From the NCBI GenBank assembly GCA_030390025.1, contig CM059432.1, positions 83,826,001 to 83,890,000 of the forward strand: a stretch of 64,000 nucleotides of DNA, written 5' to 3'. This stretch comes from Squalus acanthias. Lineage: Eukaryota. Positions within the stretch are counted from its first letter, which is position 1. Each line of letters begins with the position of its first letter. Below are positions 39,601-52,772 of this stretch, piece by piece. Below the pieces are notes generated by a model. The model did not search any database, had not been told where the DNA came from, and saw only the letters and a program-made list of their open reading frames with translations. The translations under genes and the position numbers were made by a program.

Positions 39601-40315
39601 TAGTTTAAACCCCCCCCCCCCCACCAGCACTAGCAAACCTCCCGCAAGGATGTTGGTCCCGTTCCGGTTCAGGTGCAACCCGTCCGACTTGTACAGGTCC
39701 CACCTTCCCCAGAAACAGACCCAGTGATCCAGGAAACTAAAGCCATCCCTCCTGCACCAACTCTTTAGCCACGCATTCATCTGCTCTATCCTTCTATTCC
39801 TATACTCACTAGCACGTGGCACCAGGAGTAATCCAGAGATTACAACCTTTGAGGTCCTGCTTTTTAATCTGCTACCTAGCTCCCTAAATTCTTGTTGCAG
39901 GACCTCATCCCTCTTTCTACCTATGTCGTTGGTACCAATGTGAACCACGACCTCTGACTGTTTGCCCTCCCCCTTCAGAATGCCCTGCAGCCGTTCAGTG
40001 ACATCCTTGACCCTGGCACCAGGGAGGCAACATACCATCCTGGAGTCATGTCTGCGGCCGCAGAAACACCTGTCTGCACCCCTCACTATTGAGTCTCCTA
40101 CCACTATTGCCCTTCCACTCTTACTCCTCCCTCCTTGTGCAGCTGAGCCACCCACAGTGCCGTGAACTTGGCTCTGGCTGCACTCCCCAGAGGAACCGTC
40201 ACTTTCACCGTTTTCCAACACAGAAAAACGGTTCAGTGAGATGCACTCTGGGGCTTTCCTGACTACCTGCCTGCCCCCCTTCTTCTGACTGGTGGTCTCC
40301 CATTCCCTCTCTGAC
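36608..40315 (-). mobile_element. CR1 LINE, 5'-truncated within ORF1; RT ORF of 489 aa uninterrupted
   Basis: Esterase ORF 39310-40317, endonuclease ORF 38274-39182, RT ORF 36689-38158; frameshifts between them; ctctatga-type tail. Confidence 0.94.
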
Positions 40316-40730
40316 AAAATATGAGTAGATTTTTGTTTTTCAGTGTTTATTATTGCTGATTTTTGCTCATTATTTTCACTGTTGTTTCAGGTGCACTACT
40401 TTCAGGTCTTTTGGCCCTTTGAGTTTTGTCAAAAAAGTTAATTTTGGAGTAAATATTTTAATATTACTCACCTCACTTGTCTAGCTGTGTTCATTCAAAT
40501 ACTTCAAATGACAGCCATTAATTCTGGTAATTACAAGTGCTGGAATTAAAAGCAAATAACCATTCTATGCAGTAAATTTATCTTACTAGTTAGAAGAATG
40601 TTCAGTAAAATCTTGTAAAATCATTACATGTAAAGTATATTCTACAAATTGAAACAATGTTTAACTTTAGTTGTTAGCAAACACTACAGTACTTCCAACA
40701 TTTTTCAGTTGGTGGGTTGGGTGGGGTGGC

Positions 40731-40790
40731 CGGGGGTGGGGCGGGGGGGGGGGGGGGGGGGGGGGGGGGGGCGGGCGGGGAGGGCAGGGG
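40731..40790. repeat. Poly-G tract (29 consecutive G at 40743-40771)
   Basis: Direct read. Confidence 0.9.
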
Positions 40791-41121
40791 TTAATTAGTT
40801 TAGATTGGTTTAAACCAAAAACCAGAAAGCCTATAGACAAATAAGTAATTCTATTTTACATTAAAACCAAAAAGAAATGAAGGAGTTTGATGTAATGTTC
40901 TATCACCTTAACTTCCTGAGAGATTATTACAAATGAAATAAAGAGCGGTCAACTGTGGAACATTCTCTCAACAGGGTCATGCAATACAGTAGACCTACTG
41001 AAACATAAAAATTAAACTTTAAATGATTTAATTTGTAAATGGGAAATTAAATCACGAAGTTAATTTGTGAAACTCATTGATAACTGATAAAGAGGAGTTA
41101 AGCCAGCTTGGAAAACTGAAA

Positions 41122-42129
41122 GGCCTAGAAATTCCCTACCTTAACGCGTGTGTTTGCGCCGTATTTCTGCAAAAAATGACGGCTGCCTCACTTCCGCTCG
41201 GTTCCGGTGCGGGACACGCCGTCCGCCATTTTGGTGAGGTCCATAGCACTGCTGTTGCTGGCGCTGGCCCCTCAAATTCAAATGAGCAGATCGTGATGTC
41301 AATTGGCATGCAACACCTGACTTGATGCACAACTACTATTTTTGACGTCGCTGCATGCCATAATGCCCTCTCCAAACCACGCACATGTAGCAGCAGAGAC
41401 GCTGTCAGCGCTTCTTAGAGGGACACACTCATCGTTCAGGTAAGTTTGGATTTCAACTTTTGGAATGTTTTTATTATATTTTATTGAAGTAGTGGCTTGG
41501 TGGAATACATTTTAAAAGTTGTTGAAGTGTGCAGGGCATGCTGCTGGATGATTGCAAGGCTTTGGATTGTAAAGGAAGGCCTCTGAGAAGACAGAAAATG
41601 CTGGAAATACTCAGAGGACCTCTCTTCCAGAGTTGACCCCCTGCACAAATCTGGAGTGCTGCATGCAATACCCTGGGTGCCCTTACCCTAGCCTCTTGAG
41701 CCATTAGTGTTAGTGCTGAAGCACTTTTACCATTTTTCAGCTTTAAGAGCTGAAGACTGCCATTTTGGAATTATTTTTAATGTTTTTCTTTTTTTCAGAA
41801 GGCAGTTGAGCTCTAAGGACTAAAGACTGCCTATTTTAAAATGATTTTTATTTTTTTATTTTAAGGGCTCGAGACTGCTTTCTAAAATGACAGCCTTGTT
41901 TTAAGAAAAGGCTGCCTCGCTCCAGGGACGCTACGGCCACACTACATTGGGCCACCTGCTGAGCGCACAGCCTGAAGCAGCATGTTCCATGTTAGGCTGT
42001 GTGCTGTAATAATTCCAATCAGCAGGCAGCACCAAAATAACGATGCTGCCTGCGCTCTTTTTACAGGCGTGAGCAAACCTCGCCCCGCGGTGGCACCACC
42101 CGTTTTCGGGCCTTATCGGCTTCTAGGCC
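41122..42129. mobile_element. ~1 kb Harbinger-type MITE
   Basis: TIR GGCCTAGAA / TTCTAGGCC, flanks AAA/TAA; CpG-rich subtermini and AT-rich centre. Confidence 0.7.
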
Positions 42130-43465
42130 TAACTATCCAAAGTTCTGAAAGAGGAAATATTCTGTGATTTAATGTTTCTCCGTGTTCTTTCTTTCTAATA
42201 CATTGTGTAGTAAAGTTAATGACAATCAGTCTTCTTACTGAACATAAGTAAAGGGGTGGTGCCACCATATTCGGAAGCTTTTGGATTCTGGAACAATTTG
42301 TTCCAAAAACTCTTCAACAAAGCCATTATGCTGGTGGCTGAGGAACCATTCACACTGTAACAGGCATCACAGGGCTGATTTTCTGCTCCTGGCTAAGTTT
42401 AGGCTTTATGTGCCTAGCTCCTGGTACAACGATAGCCAGTGCAACATTGAGCTGTGCAGTTTGGCCTTGTGCAGGGAACTACATCAATCAGGCATTCGAG
42501 AAGCCTGGCCAACAGGTAACATTTTAAAAGATGCACACACTTAAGGCATGAAGCTACATATGGGGACAAATATTGTTTCAGCCTTTATAAAACTTCAATA
42601 TGAATTTCAATATTTGTCAGCTTTTGCCAAGGTTGGTGAGAGGATGGGAAGAAGTGTCTGACAACAATGAAGTGAAAGGAAATCTAACGTGAAAGCACAC
42701 AATGGCATTTTATGGACTAGTGAAGAGGTGCTACAACATTTGTCTCACTGCTTAATGGCTGGCAAAATGGACCTGCAGCTGCATGAGGAGGGTGCGAGGT
42801 AGGATGCCTAGTTTGGCAATTCAAAGGATCCTCCCCCAGAGGTCAGCAATGCACGATTCCTTGCAGTAGATAGTGACCAAGCCCAACTCTGTGCAAATTA
42901 CCTCCAGTACTGGGAACAGACGCATAGGAAGATGGTACACTTTAAGGATTCTGGCAAGGTAAGACTACCCAACAGCATTGTGGTACTACCATCCCCACAA
43001 GAACCATAGCAGTTCAAGGAGAAGACCCACCATCACATTTTGAAAAAAAGTATCATGTATTGGGTAGACAATCCAAGATTGCATGCATAAAGTGTTGCCT
43101 ATCAACCTGTTCCACATTTACTGCTTGCCCATTCCAAACCCTCAAACAGAGCAACAGCATTGCATCTCATCCATACCCATACTGTAGTAGGGCACACTTT
43201 CAAGATGTTGCATACAATTCAAACTCTTGCCACATTAACACCGTCCAAGGTCATAACACCTCAAGTCATTGTAAAATAACCAAGCTGCATGATGCATAGT
43301 CACTTATTGCCATCAGTGTGGCATGCAGGTTGTGCACATGTATAACATTGTGGTTGTGGTCCTTTAGCTGTTAGCATCTCTAGACTACTTTTCTGCTTGT
43401 ACAACAAGATGGCACATTGACTGCATAATGTGACTTGCAGAAAGGTCTCCCTACACACACTTAAC

Positions 43466-46400
43466 GGGCTCGATTATAATTCCCGAGGCGGGTTGGAGTC
43501 AGGTTGCATGGTGGGCTGGTTCCGGAGCCACTTCCGGCGGGATCAGTGCAGATGTCCGATTTTGATTCAATGAGCTTGTTGATTTCAATGAGGCGCGCTG
43601 GCCAGTCCAATGAGTGCGATCGGGTCGACTGGCCGCCTCTGATGACGTCATCATAGCTGCTGTTTTTATAGCTGCCATCCAGCCTGAGCCTTTCTCTTGT
43701 GGATTCCTGGACCCATTGAAATTGATTTAGACGCAATGACTTTTTCCAGAGGCAAGGCAGCTCTTCGTTTTAATGATGACTCCCTCCATGTTCTTGTGGA
43801 TGCTGTCAGAGGGCGCAGGATGATTTTCTTCCCTCCTGATGGCCGGAGGAAGCCTCCTCAGCAGACCAAGGCAGCCTGGCTGCGCATTGCTGAGGAGGTC
43901 AGCACAAGGTCCATATGTTCATGCTCATGGATCCAGTACAGGAAACGCTTTAATGATCTTGTGCGAACATCAAAAGTGAGTATTCCCATCACACTTACCT
44001 TCAATCTGCTTCCCTTCTCTTCTCATCACCAGCACTCTGCTTTGTAAGCCTGCTCCTTCACATCCACCTTACCCTTATTTCCCTTGCACCCTTACCTATC
44101 CATCTCCGTCTCTGCACTGAATCATTTCAGCATCCTGCCTATGCACCCCTTAGACTTGCTCTCACTGTCATGCAGTGACAACAACTAACAACGCACAGGG
44201 AGCTAGCTTCCTCTTGGCACCTTACCCCATCCTCATCTCCCTCAAAGCTTCTATGGTAGGGATTATTCACACTCACTCCATCACTGTGGCTGAAACACCG
44301 CTTGTGTCCCTCCTTGCAGGAAAAGATAGCCCACAATAAGAGGGCGAGAGCAATGACTGGAGGAGGAACACCTACCCTAGCCACATTGACCAGTGCTGGG
44401 GAGGCTGCAAACGAGCTTGTTGGTGGTGGCGAGGACCTGGAAGTGGGCATTGGAGAGACGGGCACACTAGAGGAAGGTGGTGACATATAGAGTTTCATCC
44501 CTCTCAGAATGCAATGGCATATGATGTTCATAGAGAATTGCATTGTATCAACTGCTCAAAAGGATGTATCTGCTACATCAATATCAGATGTCTAAATCAA
44601 GCCTTTACTCTCCCACAGGACCATCGAGCGCCCCCCTCCCCACGATCCAGTACGAAGAGCCAGACAACTCCTCAGAGGAACCTGAAGCCTCAGAGGGAGG
44701 AGCGTCACCAGGACTCAGTGCACCCAGCACCAGCGCAGCAACGCACACCTCGGTGGGGCTCTCGCAAGTTAGAGTAGTGTTGCCACCTGGTCTATCACAG
44801 CGCACAAGTGAGCATCAGCAGATGGTGGAGTCAGCGATAGCGGTGGAGAGTCCTCGGCGGAGGTCGCAGGACTCTCCTAGCTCTGCTGAGCTGCATGTAG
44901 ACGCTGTGCCTCTGGGGCCATCCAGAAAAAGAGCGTCACGGGAAATACAGGAACAAGTGCAGTTGTCTCTGGAAGGGTTTGCCTCCAGGGTTAGTGCGAG
45001 TGTGGAGAGAATGGAGGAGTCCGTCTCTAAAACCAGCACTGCCGTGGTGGAGGCAATGGCGCATGAACGCACCACCATGGATAGGATGGCAACCTCCGTG
45101 GAAAGGCTGGCTACCTCAGTGGAAAGGATGGCTACGGCCATGGAGGAAATAAGTCGCCAGAGTCAGGAAAACATGGTGACTGTTCAAAATAGAATGTCAT
45201 CTCTGGAGGAGCGATGGGCAGCTATTGAGCAGAAAGACCAGAGCTTCATGGACGTCCTTTTGATGAGGACTGCCAGTGCAGATACGGGTCCTCATGGTCC
45301 CCCTGAAGTGCAGCAAGGTGCTCTCCAGCCACTTGCCAACACTGAGGTGCGGCTGACCCATGAGAGGGATGTTGTTGGCAGGACAGAAGGAAGTGTGGGC
45401 TCCTCTCAAAGTGCTCACACGACTATGCCACTGCGGAGCCTTCGGTCAGAGACCCACTTTGCGGAGACAGCTGAGATGGCCGTTTCAGCTCCTGCACAAC
45501 CGCAGGAAGAGCAGACTGTTGAAGAGCCCTCCCAGGCTCCCAAATGCAGAGGACGACCGCCAAAGGCGTCTAAGCAGGCGCAGTATCCTAGTCAGCAAGG
45601 TGCCTCTACATCTGCTGAAGCCACAGGGGAAGCACCACATAGAAGCACACAGATTAAGCACCTATAGTCACAAGGGAGTCACTTGGGTGATTTATCTTTT
45701 TCTTCTGACTGTGGCTGGTTTAAGAGTAAGCTTATGCTAATGTGGCATGGCTGTGTGCATACCCTGGTTGACAGGCAGCAGTGAACTGGAGGGATGCTGC
45801 ATTGGTCACAACAGGGCATGCATGGCGGCCCTCGTCCTTTTCCTACTCCTCTTCCCAGGAAGATCTGCGCTGAGCCACGCGGCTGCTACTCCTCCGATTA
45901 TGAGGACCAGGATGAGAGGGCATAAATGTTTCCCATCCCCTTGCTATAGATTTCATTTGAGGCAACAAGCTTGCAAGCGTACAGTTGAAGTGGCCTGAAA
46001 TTATTCCATTCATGTCACACTGCAGATAGGTGTCAGCTTGAACAGTCACAAGGTCAGTAGATGTGCAAAATCTTATCCCATACCTACAACAGCAAAGTTG
46101 TTGCATTTGAATGTCAGCCATGTTTCAGGGGCACTTTTAAAGTGCTCCACCAATGCATACAAATCATGTCCTCCAACAACTCGTCTCCTTGAACCTGGCC
46201 TGTTTCTGACAAGTCGGGAAACAGGAGCCAGAAGCCAGAAGCACAAAAATGGGAAACCACTATGAAAATAGGATTAGCAAGGCAGTTAACAGGCTTTTAA
46301 CTGCCTTAACTACCTGTCCCACCGGTTCCAGTTGGGTCAGTTTGGGAGCGGCTGAACAGACACTCACGAAAATCGGGTGGGGGCGGTATGGAGGCGGGTT

Positions 46401-46482
46401 GGGTGTCTGAAGCCATTTTTTCCAATTTTTGCTACAGACCTGCCTCCAAACCTGCCTCCTCAGGGCTATTAAAATCGAGCCC
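43466..46482. mobile_element. Harbinger deletion derivative (3.0 kb) retaining the Myb/SANT gene but lacking the transposase core
   Basis: 15-bp TIR GGGCTCGATTATAAT / ATTAAAATCGAGCCC (1 mismatch); only a decayed transposase N-terminus (MGNIYALSSW, ATG at 45936, minus) remains. Confidence 0.88.
43736..45667 (+). CDS. Harbinger Myb/SANT-like protein, intact spliced ORF of 482 aa (exons 43736-43975, 44320-44479, 44619-45667)
   Basis: Exons 1 and 2 (240 and 160 nt) and splice phases are identical to the 30928-32935 copy; canonical GT-AG; no stops or frameshifts. Confidence 0.85.
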
Positions 46483-46519
46483 ATCATTTTAAAAACTTTA
46501 GAATCTTTTCTTTCCACAG

Positions 46520-49500
46520 AATTGGGCTATCCTAGATTGGGTATTGTGCAAAGAGAAGGGGTTAATTAATAATCTAGTTGTGCGGGGTCCTTAAGGGAAG
46601 AATGACCATAACATGATAGAATTCTTCATTAAGATGGAAAGTGAAGAAGTCCAGTCTGAAACTAGGGTCCTAAATCCAAACAAAGAAAACTACGAAGGTA
46701 TGAGGAGTGAGTTGGCTATGATAGATTGGGGAGCTTCATTAAAAGGCATGATGGTGGATAGGCAATGGCTAATATTTAAGGAACGAATACATGAATTGCA
46801 ACAGTTATACATTCCTTTCTGGCGCAAAAACACAAAAGGAAAAGCAGCCCAACCATGGCTAACAAAAGAAATTAAGGATAGTATTAGATCAAAGAGGAGT
46901 CATATAGGCCCAAAAATTTGTGTTGATACGCGAGAGTACGCACTGTGTACTCTCGCGTATTCTGTCTCCAATTGCCGGTTTTCTGCATGCACTGCGCATG
47001 CGCTGAAAACCGGCACTTGGTGAATGGAAAAGGGGGCGGTTCCTAGGTGAACCGCGTGCGCGCTACAGGCTGCGCGCATGCAGTGCACTTAGTGGTTTCA
47101 ACGCGCAGGTAAGTATGGAAGATTTTACACATAAAAAAAGGAGGAGTAAGACCCACTTTTAACAAGGTAAGTAGTGAATTAAGTATTATTTAGAATTTTT
47201 TTTAACAGGTATATCTTTTTTAGAGACTTTAAAGACAGGTAAGTTTATTTTTATAACTTTTTAAAAGACTTTAAATTTTTTCAAAAATTTAATTTTTTAT
47301 TTAAAATGGTTAATTTATTTAACTATACTTATTTTATTAATGTGATGGTTTTTTTAAAAATTTAATTGAGGTTTAGCTGTTCTTTTGGGGGGCTATAGTA
47401 TTCATAGCTTTCACAGCACTTATGTGAAAGTTATGAATGGAAGATGGTGTGCTGCCATTGGCTCTAACTGAGTCACGTGATCCCACAGCTCGCACGAATT
47501 AACTGCGCCTGTGGGATACGCAAGCCCAGCACAGCAGCTGTCCAGAACATCAAGTTCGTGCAAGCTGGAACTGAAAAAGCCAACGCGCAGTGAGAGATCG
47601 CGGGGAAGCCTTACCCTCGCACGAAGGCTTCCTCACGAATTTTTGGGCCAATAAGTTGTCAGAAAGAGTAGCAAGCCTGAGGATTGGGAACAGTTTAGAA
47701 TTCAGCAAAAAAGGACCAAGAGATTGATTAAGAGGGGAAAAATAGAATGAGAGTAAACTTGCAAGGAACATAAAAGCGGACTGTAAAAGCTTCTACAATT
47801 ATGTAAAAAAGAAAAAGATTAGTGAAGACAAATGTAGGTCCCTTACAGTCAGAAATGGGAGAATTTATAATGGGGAACAAGGAAATGGCAGAGCAATTAA
47901 ACAAATACTTTGGTTCTGTCTTCATGGAAGAGGACACAAATAACTTCCCAGAAATGCTAGGGAACCAAGGGTCTAGTGAGAAGGAGGAATTAAAGGAAAT
48001 TAGTATTAGTAAAAAAAATAGTGCTGGAGAAATTAAGGTGACTGAAAGCCGATAAATCTCCAGGGCCTAATCTGCATCCCAGAGTACTAAAAGAGGTAGC
48101 CATGGAAATAGTGGATGCATTGGTTGTCATCTTTCAAAATTCTATAGATTATGGAACAGTTCCTGCAGATTGGAGGGTGGCAAATGTAACCCCACTATTT
48201 AAAAAAGGAGGCTAGAGAGAAAACCGGGAACTACAGACTGGTTAGCCTAACATCAGTAGTAGGGAAAATGCTAGAGTCTATTATAAAGGATGTGATAACA
48301 AGACACTTAGAAAATATCAACGGGATTAGACAAAGTCAATATGGATTTATGAAAGGGAAATCATGTTTGACAAACCTACTGGAGTTTTTTGAGGATGTAA
48401 CTGGTAGAATAGATAAGGGAGAACCAGTGGATGTGGTGTATTTGGATTTTCAGAAGGCCTTTGATAAAGTCCCACGTAAGAGATTAGTGTGCAAAATTAA
48501 AGCACATGGGATTGGGGGTAATATACTGGCATGGATTGAAAATTGGTTAACAGACAGGAAACAGAGAGTAGGAATAAATGGGTCTTTTTCGAGGTGGCAG
48601 GCGGTGACTAGGGGGGTACCGCAGGGATCAGTGCTTGGGCCCCAGCTATTCACAATATATATCAATGATTTGGATGAGGGAACCTAATGTAATATTTCCA
48701 AGTTTGCTGACGACACGAAACTAGGAGGGTTTGTGAGTTGTGAGGAGGATGCAAAGAGACTTCAAGGCGGTTTAGACAAGTTGAGTGAGTGGGCAAATAC
48801 ATGGCAGATGCAATATAATGTGGATAAATGTGAAGTTATCCACTTCGGTAGGAAAAAGAGAAAGGCAGAGTATTATTTAAATGGTGATAGATTGGGAAAT
48901 GTTGATGTACAAAGGAACCTGGGTGTACTTGTATACCAGTCACTGAAAGCAAACATGCAGGTGCAGCAAGCAGTTAGGAAGGCAAATGGTATGTTGGCCT
49001 TCATTTCAAGAGGATTTGAGTACAGGAGCAAGGATGTCTTACTACAGTTATACAGGGCCTTGGTGAGACCACACCTGGAGTACTGTGTGCAGTTTTGGTC
49101 TCCTTACCTAAGAAAAGATATACTTGCCATAGAGGGAGTGCAGCGAAGGTTCACCAGACTGATTCCTGGGATGGCAGGACTGTCGTATGAGGAGAGATTG
49201 GGTTGATTAGGCCTGTATTCACTAGAGTTTAGAAGAATGAGAGGGGATCTCATTGAAACGCATAAAATTCTGACAGGGCTAGACAGACTGGATGCAGGGA
49301 GGATGTTTCCCCTGGCTGGGGGGTCTAGAACAAGGGGTCACAGTCTCAGGATATGGGGTAGGACATTTAGGACTGAGATGAGGAGAAATTTCTTCACTGA
49401 GAGGGTGGTGAACCTGTGGCATTCTCTACCACAGAAGGCTATGGAGGCCAAGTCACTGAATATATTTAAGAAGGAGATAGATAGATCTCTAGACACAAAA

Positions 49501-49637
49501 GACATCAAGGGGTATGGGGAGAGAGCGGGAATATGGTTTGAGATAGAGGATCAGCCATGATCATATTGAATGGCGGAGCAGGCTCGAAGGGCCGAATGGC
49601 CTACTCCTGTTCCTATTTTTCTATGTTTCTATGTTTC
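46520..49637 (+). mobile_element. 5'-truncated CR1 LINE ORF2, interrupted by a MITE at 46907-47649
   Basis: [46 protein letters not shown]; tail (tttctatg)2. Confidence 0.93.
46907..47649. mobile_element. Harbinger-type MITE
   Basis: TIR GGCCCAAAAATTTGTG / CACGAATTTTTGGGCC; CR1 sequence is continuous on either side; TSD ambiguous. Confidence 0.82.
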
Positions 49638-49847
49638 AGTGCCGAGTGTGTGGTGGCCCATTCATGCAATTCTGTGAACTACGTGTGCTACTGGTTAGAG
49701 CCGCTACTAAAGGACATTATTATGTAATCGGCCCTCGGGTTACAAATGTGGAAGCGCATTTCATTTAAGAATTTACAGACAAGGGAGGAGACTTTCATTC
49801 CATCAGTTTGGGCTGGATTCGTATCCTGGCCTCAGGGTTGAAAAAAA

Positions 49848-50292
49848 GAAAGTAATTGCATTTATATAGTACGTGTCACATCCTAAAGGCATCCCAAAGT
49901 GCTTTATAGTTAATTAATTACTTTTCAAGGATAATCATTGTTGTTTTGTAGGCAAATGCAACAGGCAAATTTGTGCATAGTAAGGCCCAACAAACTGCAA
50001 ATGAGATAATTGACCAGTTAATCTGTTTTTGGTGGTGCTGATTGAGAGATGAATGTAGTCTAGGACACCGAGAGAACTCTGGTTGTCTTTGAATAGTGGC
50101 ATGGGACCTTTTACATCCACCTGTAAAGGACTCAGTTTAACATCTCATCAAAAGATGGCACTTCCAACAATGCAGCCCTTATTCAATGCACTGAAGTGTC
50201 AGGCCTTGATTATGTGCTTAAGTCCTATAGTGGGGCTTTAATCCTTGAGCTTCAGACTCAAAGGCGATAGTTCTACCAACTGAGCCAAACTG
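49848..50292 (-). mobile_element. Deu-domain tRNA SINE (decayed)
   Basis: Reverse-strand head ttggctcagttggtag, core and ctatataaatgcaa tail. Confidence 0.8.
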
Positions 50293-52772
50293 ATCCACTT
50301 TGTCACAGTCATGAAACTAATTCATTAAAAAAAATTAACAGGGAATAATACTGAAGAAATGTATTGTGCAGCAAAGATAAAATACTTCTAACTTGCAGTT
50401 TGCTTTAATTTCCTCTTTGTACATCCTTATTTGGGGTCAATGTTCTGTGCCTATCAAAGAGAGTGATGCCAATGCTAGGAATTAAACATTTCTCCTAATT
50501 AGCACCTAATGGCGGCATCAAGCAGTACCAGTTCTGGTATACCATGGGTCAGATACAGAGAGGCAGCGCTCAATAGGAGACCTGTGATCTTCATGTGCTG
50601 TTTGCCATTTGTCTTACCTGGTGCTATCATTCTTAAAGAAAATCTATTGGAAATCATAGATTATAAGGGTTTAAATTGCTAAAAGTGGCTTACTCTTAAA
50701 AGGAAACCCAATGGGAGCTCACGAGACCTAGAAAAAAGAGCAGGCCTTTCATATTTACCAGAGCAGTTGTTGGTGAGAAAACTGCACATTTTCTGTCAGC
50801 TGCACTCTTCTAACGTAAAATGGCCTAGAAAACGGTAGTTTGTTGTTTATATTGGTTGTGAGGATGGAGTGATTGAAAGGTTGCTGTTTCTCTGATTGAC
50901 ATCTATGTTTGCACATTATATATCACATGATATAAAGCAGGAGTTTGGAAGACAAATGCAATGGCAGTTGTAACAGTAAACCACTTCAAATGAAGAATTA
51001 ATTTCAGTGCACACATGTGGTATTAGATATACAAGGTATGCTGCTGCAAGGGAGAAAATATTGTAAGACAATGCACATTTTCGGAAAGTATACTAGCGTT
51101 TTTCTTCCACAAAAAAATAAAATGATATGTTTGACTTTAAAAGTCAGTCAAAGCAAAACACAGAGCTGACTAGAAGAAAATGTTCAGGATTCAGCCTATT
51201 TTCATTCACACTTTATATTCCCCTGTTCATTCAGAAAGACTGGTTGGATCTTCTCCAGTTTAAAGGAAGCCATCAGTAGCTCCTTTGTTCTTTCTATGTC
51301 TGTCACCAAGCAATTAACATCCACCATTTCAGTCTTCCTGTCGAGCATGAGAGAAGGTTATCGTCTACTGCAATCTATCAATCGGCATCATGTTTATGGA
51401 ACGCTTAGAAAACGGAACTTTTTTGTAACAGTAGCTTTTATTATTTTTAAATATTACTTGTAATTTTATTTTTAATTCTTAACCGCAATTTTTTTTGCAA
51501 CACTGAATGTACTTTCTGTAAAACCTAAATGTCTCATTTGACATAGCCTTTTTGAAACTTCAAATGTCTTCAGAATTGACAGTACAGCACTTCAGTTACC
51601 TTGAACGCTTCCAGCCATCATCACAACATTCCTCTTACCATACAAGTTAATACCATGTGAAAAACCTGAATCTACGGTTCGCAGGTTCTCAATGCTGGCA
51701 CTCAATTGGCAGAACCTGTCATCCCTGTCTGGTCTATGGTTCGTGACCCTTGCATTTTCTCTGCTTTCCCACTACAATTATTCTATGTTGAAAATGGGGG
51801 TGCAGATTACCTGTGGGTCAGCACAGGATATAAAGAACAAAAGGAGTTCTTGAAACCCACTTCATTCCATTCTACAATTTTTGGATGAACAGTAAAGGAA
51901 TTAAAACAGGCTGTAAGGGGTCCTAAATAATCCATTTGAAGTACAACAAGTGAATACGCATACCCTTTGTAACTGGGATCAAGTCATACAAAGCTACTTC
52001 TTAAGTAGTAAGCATAAAATATACTCATGCCACCTAATTTTTAATTTTCACACTACATTAAATGCCATTGATTATCATTAGCACTCCTATGCAGACCACC
52101 ACAACAAGGAAAACTGATTTTTCTTACTTTGTGTGATTCTCCTTGAAAGGCACGGAATAATCCTTCAGGCGGTCAAGTAGTGCTTCTGTTGGATAATTGG
52201 GTTTTAATCTGGTAATTTGTTGTGTATTATGGGAAACCATGGTGTCAACGTTTAAAATGCATTGTGTTTAAGAATTTAATGTATATAAACTTAATTATTC
52301 TTACTTTGGAGAAACTATTACTTCTCAAAAATATTCAGATTTCATTTGCTGATTTGAACTAAACAATGCAGTTATTTTGATATACTTAATGAACTGCAAA
52401 TCTTTAACAAATACATTGCAGCAATAATTGGACATTCATAAAAATGGTAAGTTAACTTCCTCGCCTATACATTTAAAGATATTAAAACACACAAAACAAT
52501 GACATTTTACAGGTTTTAGGGATTGTTTGTTACCCAATACAAATTCTTAGAATATCTCCTAAAACTTTAAAATGACCGTGACCCAGTTTGCTGCTATCAG
52601 TTGTGGGAACAAGGTTAAGCAATTAACTTTTTTATGGATGTCATGTCTACTGTCTATTTACTGCTTGGAATAATAGGAACGGGTGAAAATCCTGGCAACT
52701 AGCCGTCCAAAACGGCAGAATTTGATATTAAATAGAAAGTCACTCTATCTTATCAACATATTGAACTACAAA

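Noticed and set aside
36726..39603. Plus-strand ORFs overlapping the CR1 (and similar antisense ORFs over other LINEs)
   Set aside because: Shadow ORFs opposite RT/endonuclease coding sequence, with no independent motifs.
40731..40790. Poly-G as a functional G-quadruplex element
   Set aside because: Homopolymer length is error-prone and nothing in the context supports function.
42600..43000. Possible fourth, very old Myb/SANT exon-1 remnant ending ggcaag|gtaaga
   Set aside because: Too degraded to support from translation alone; needs a profile search.
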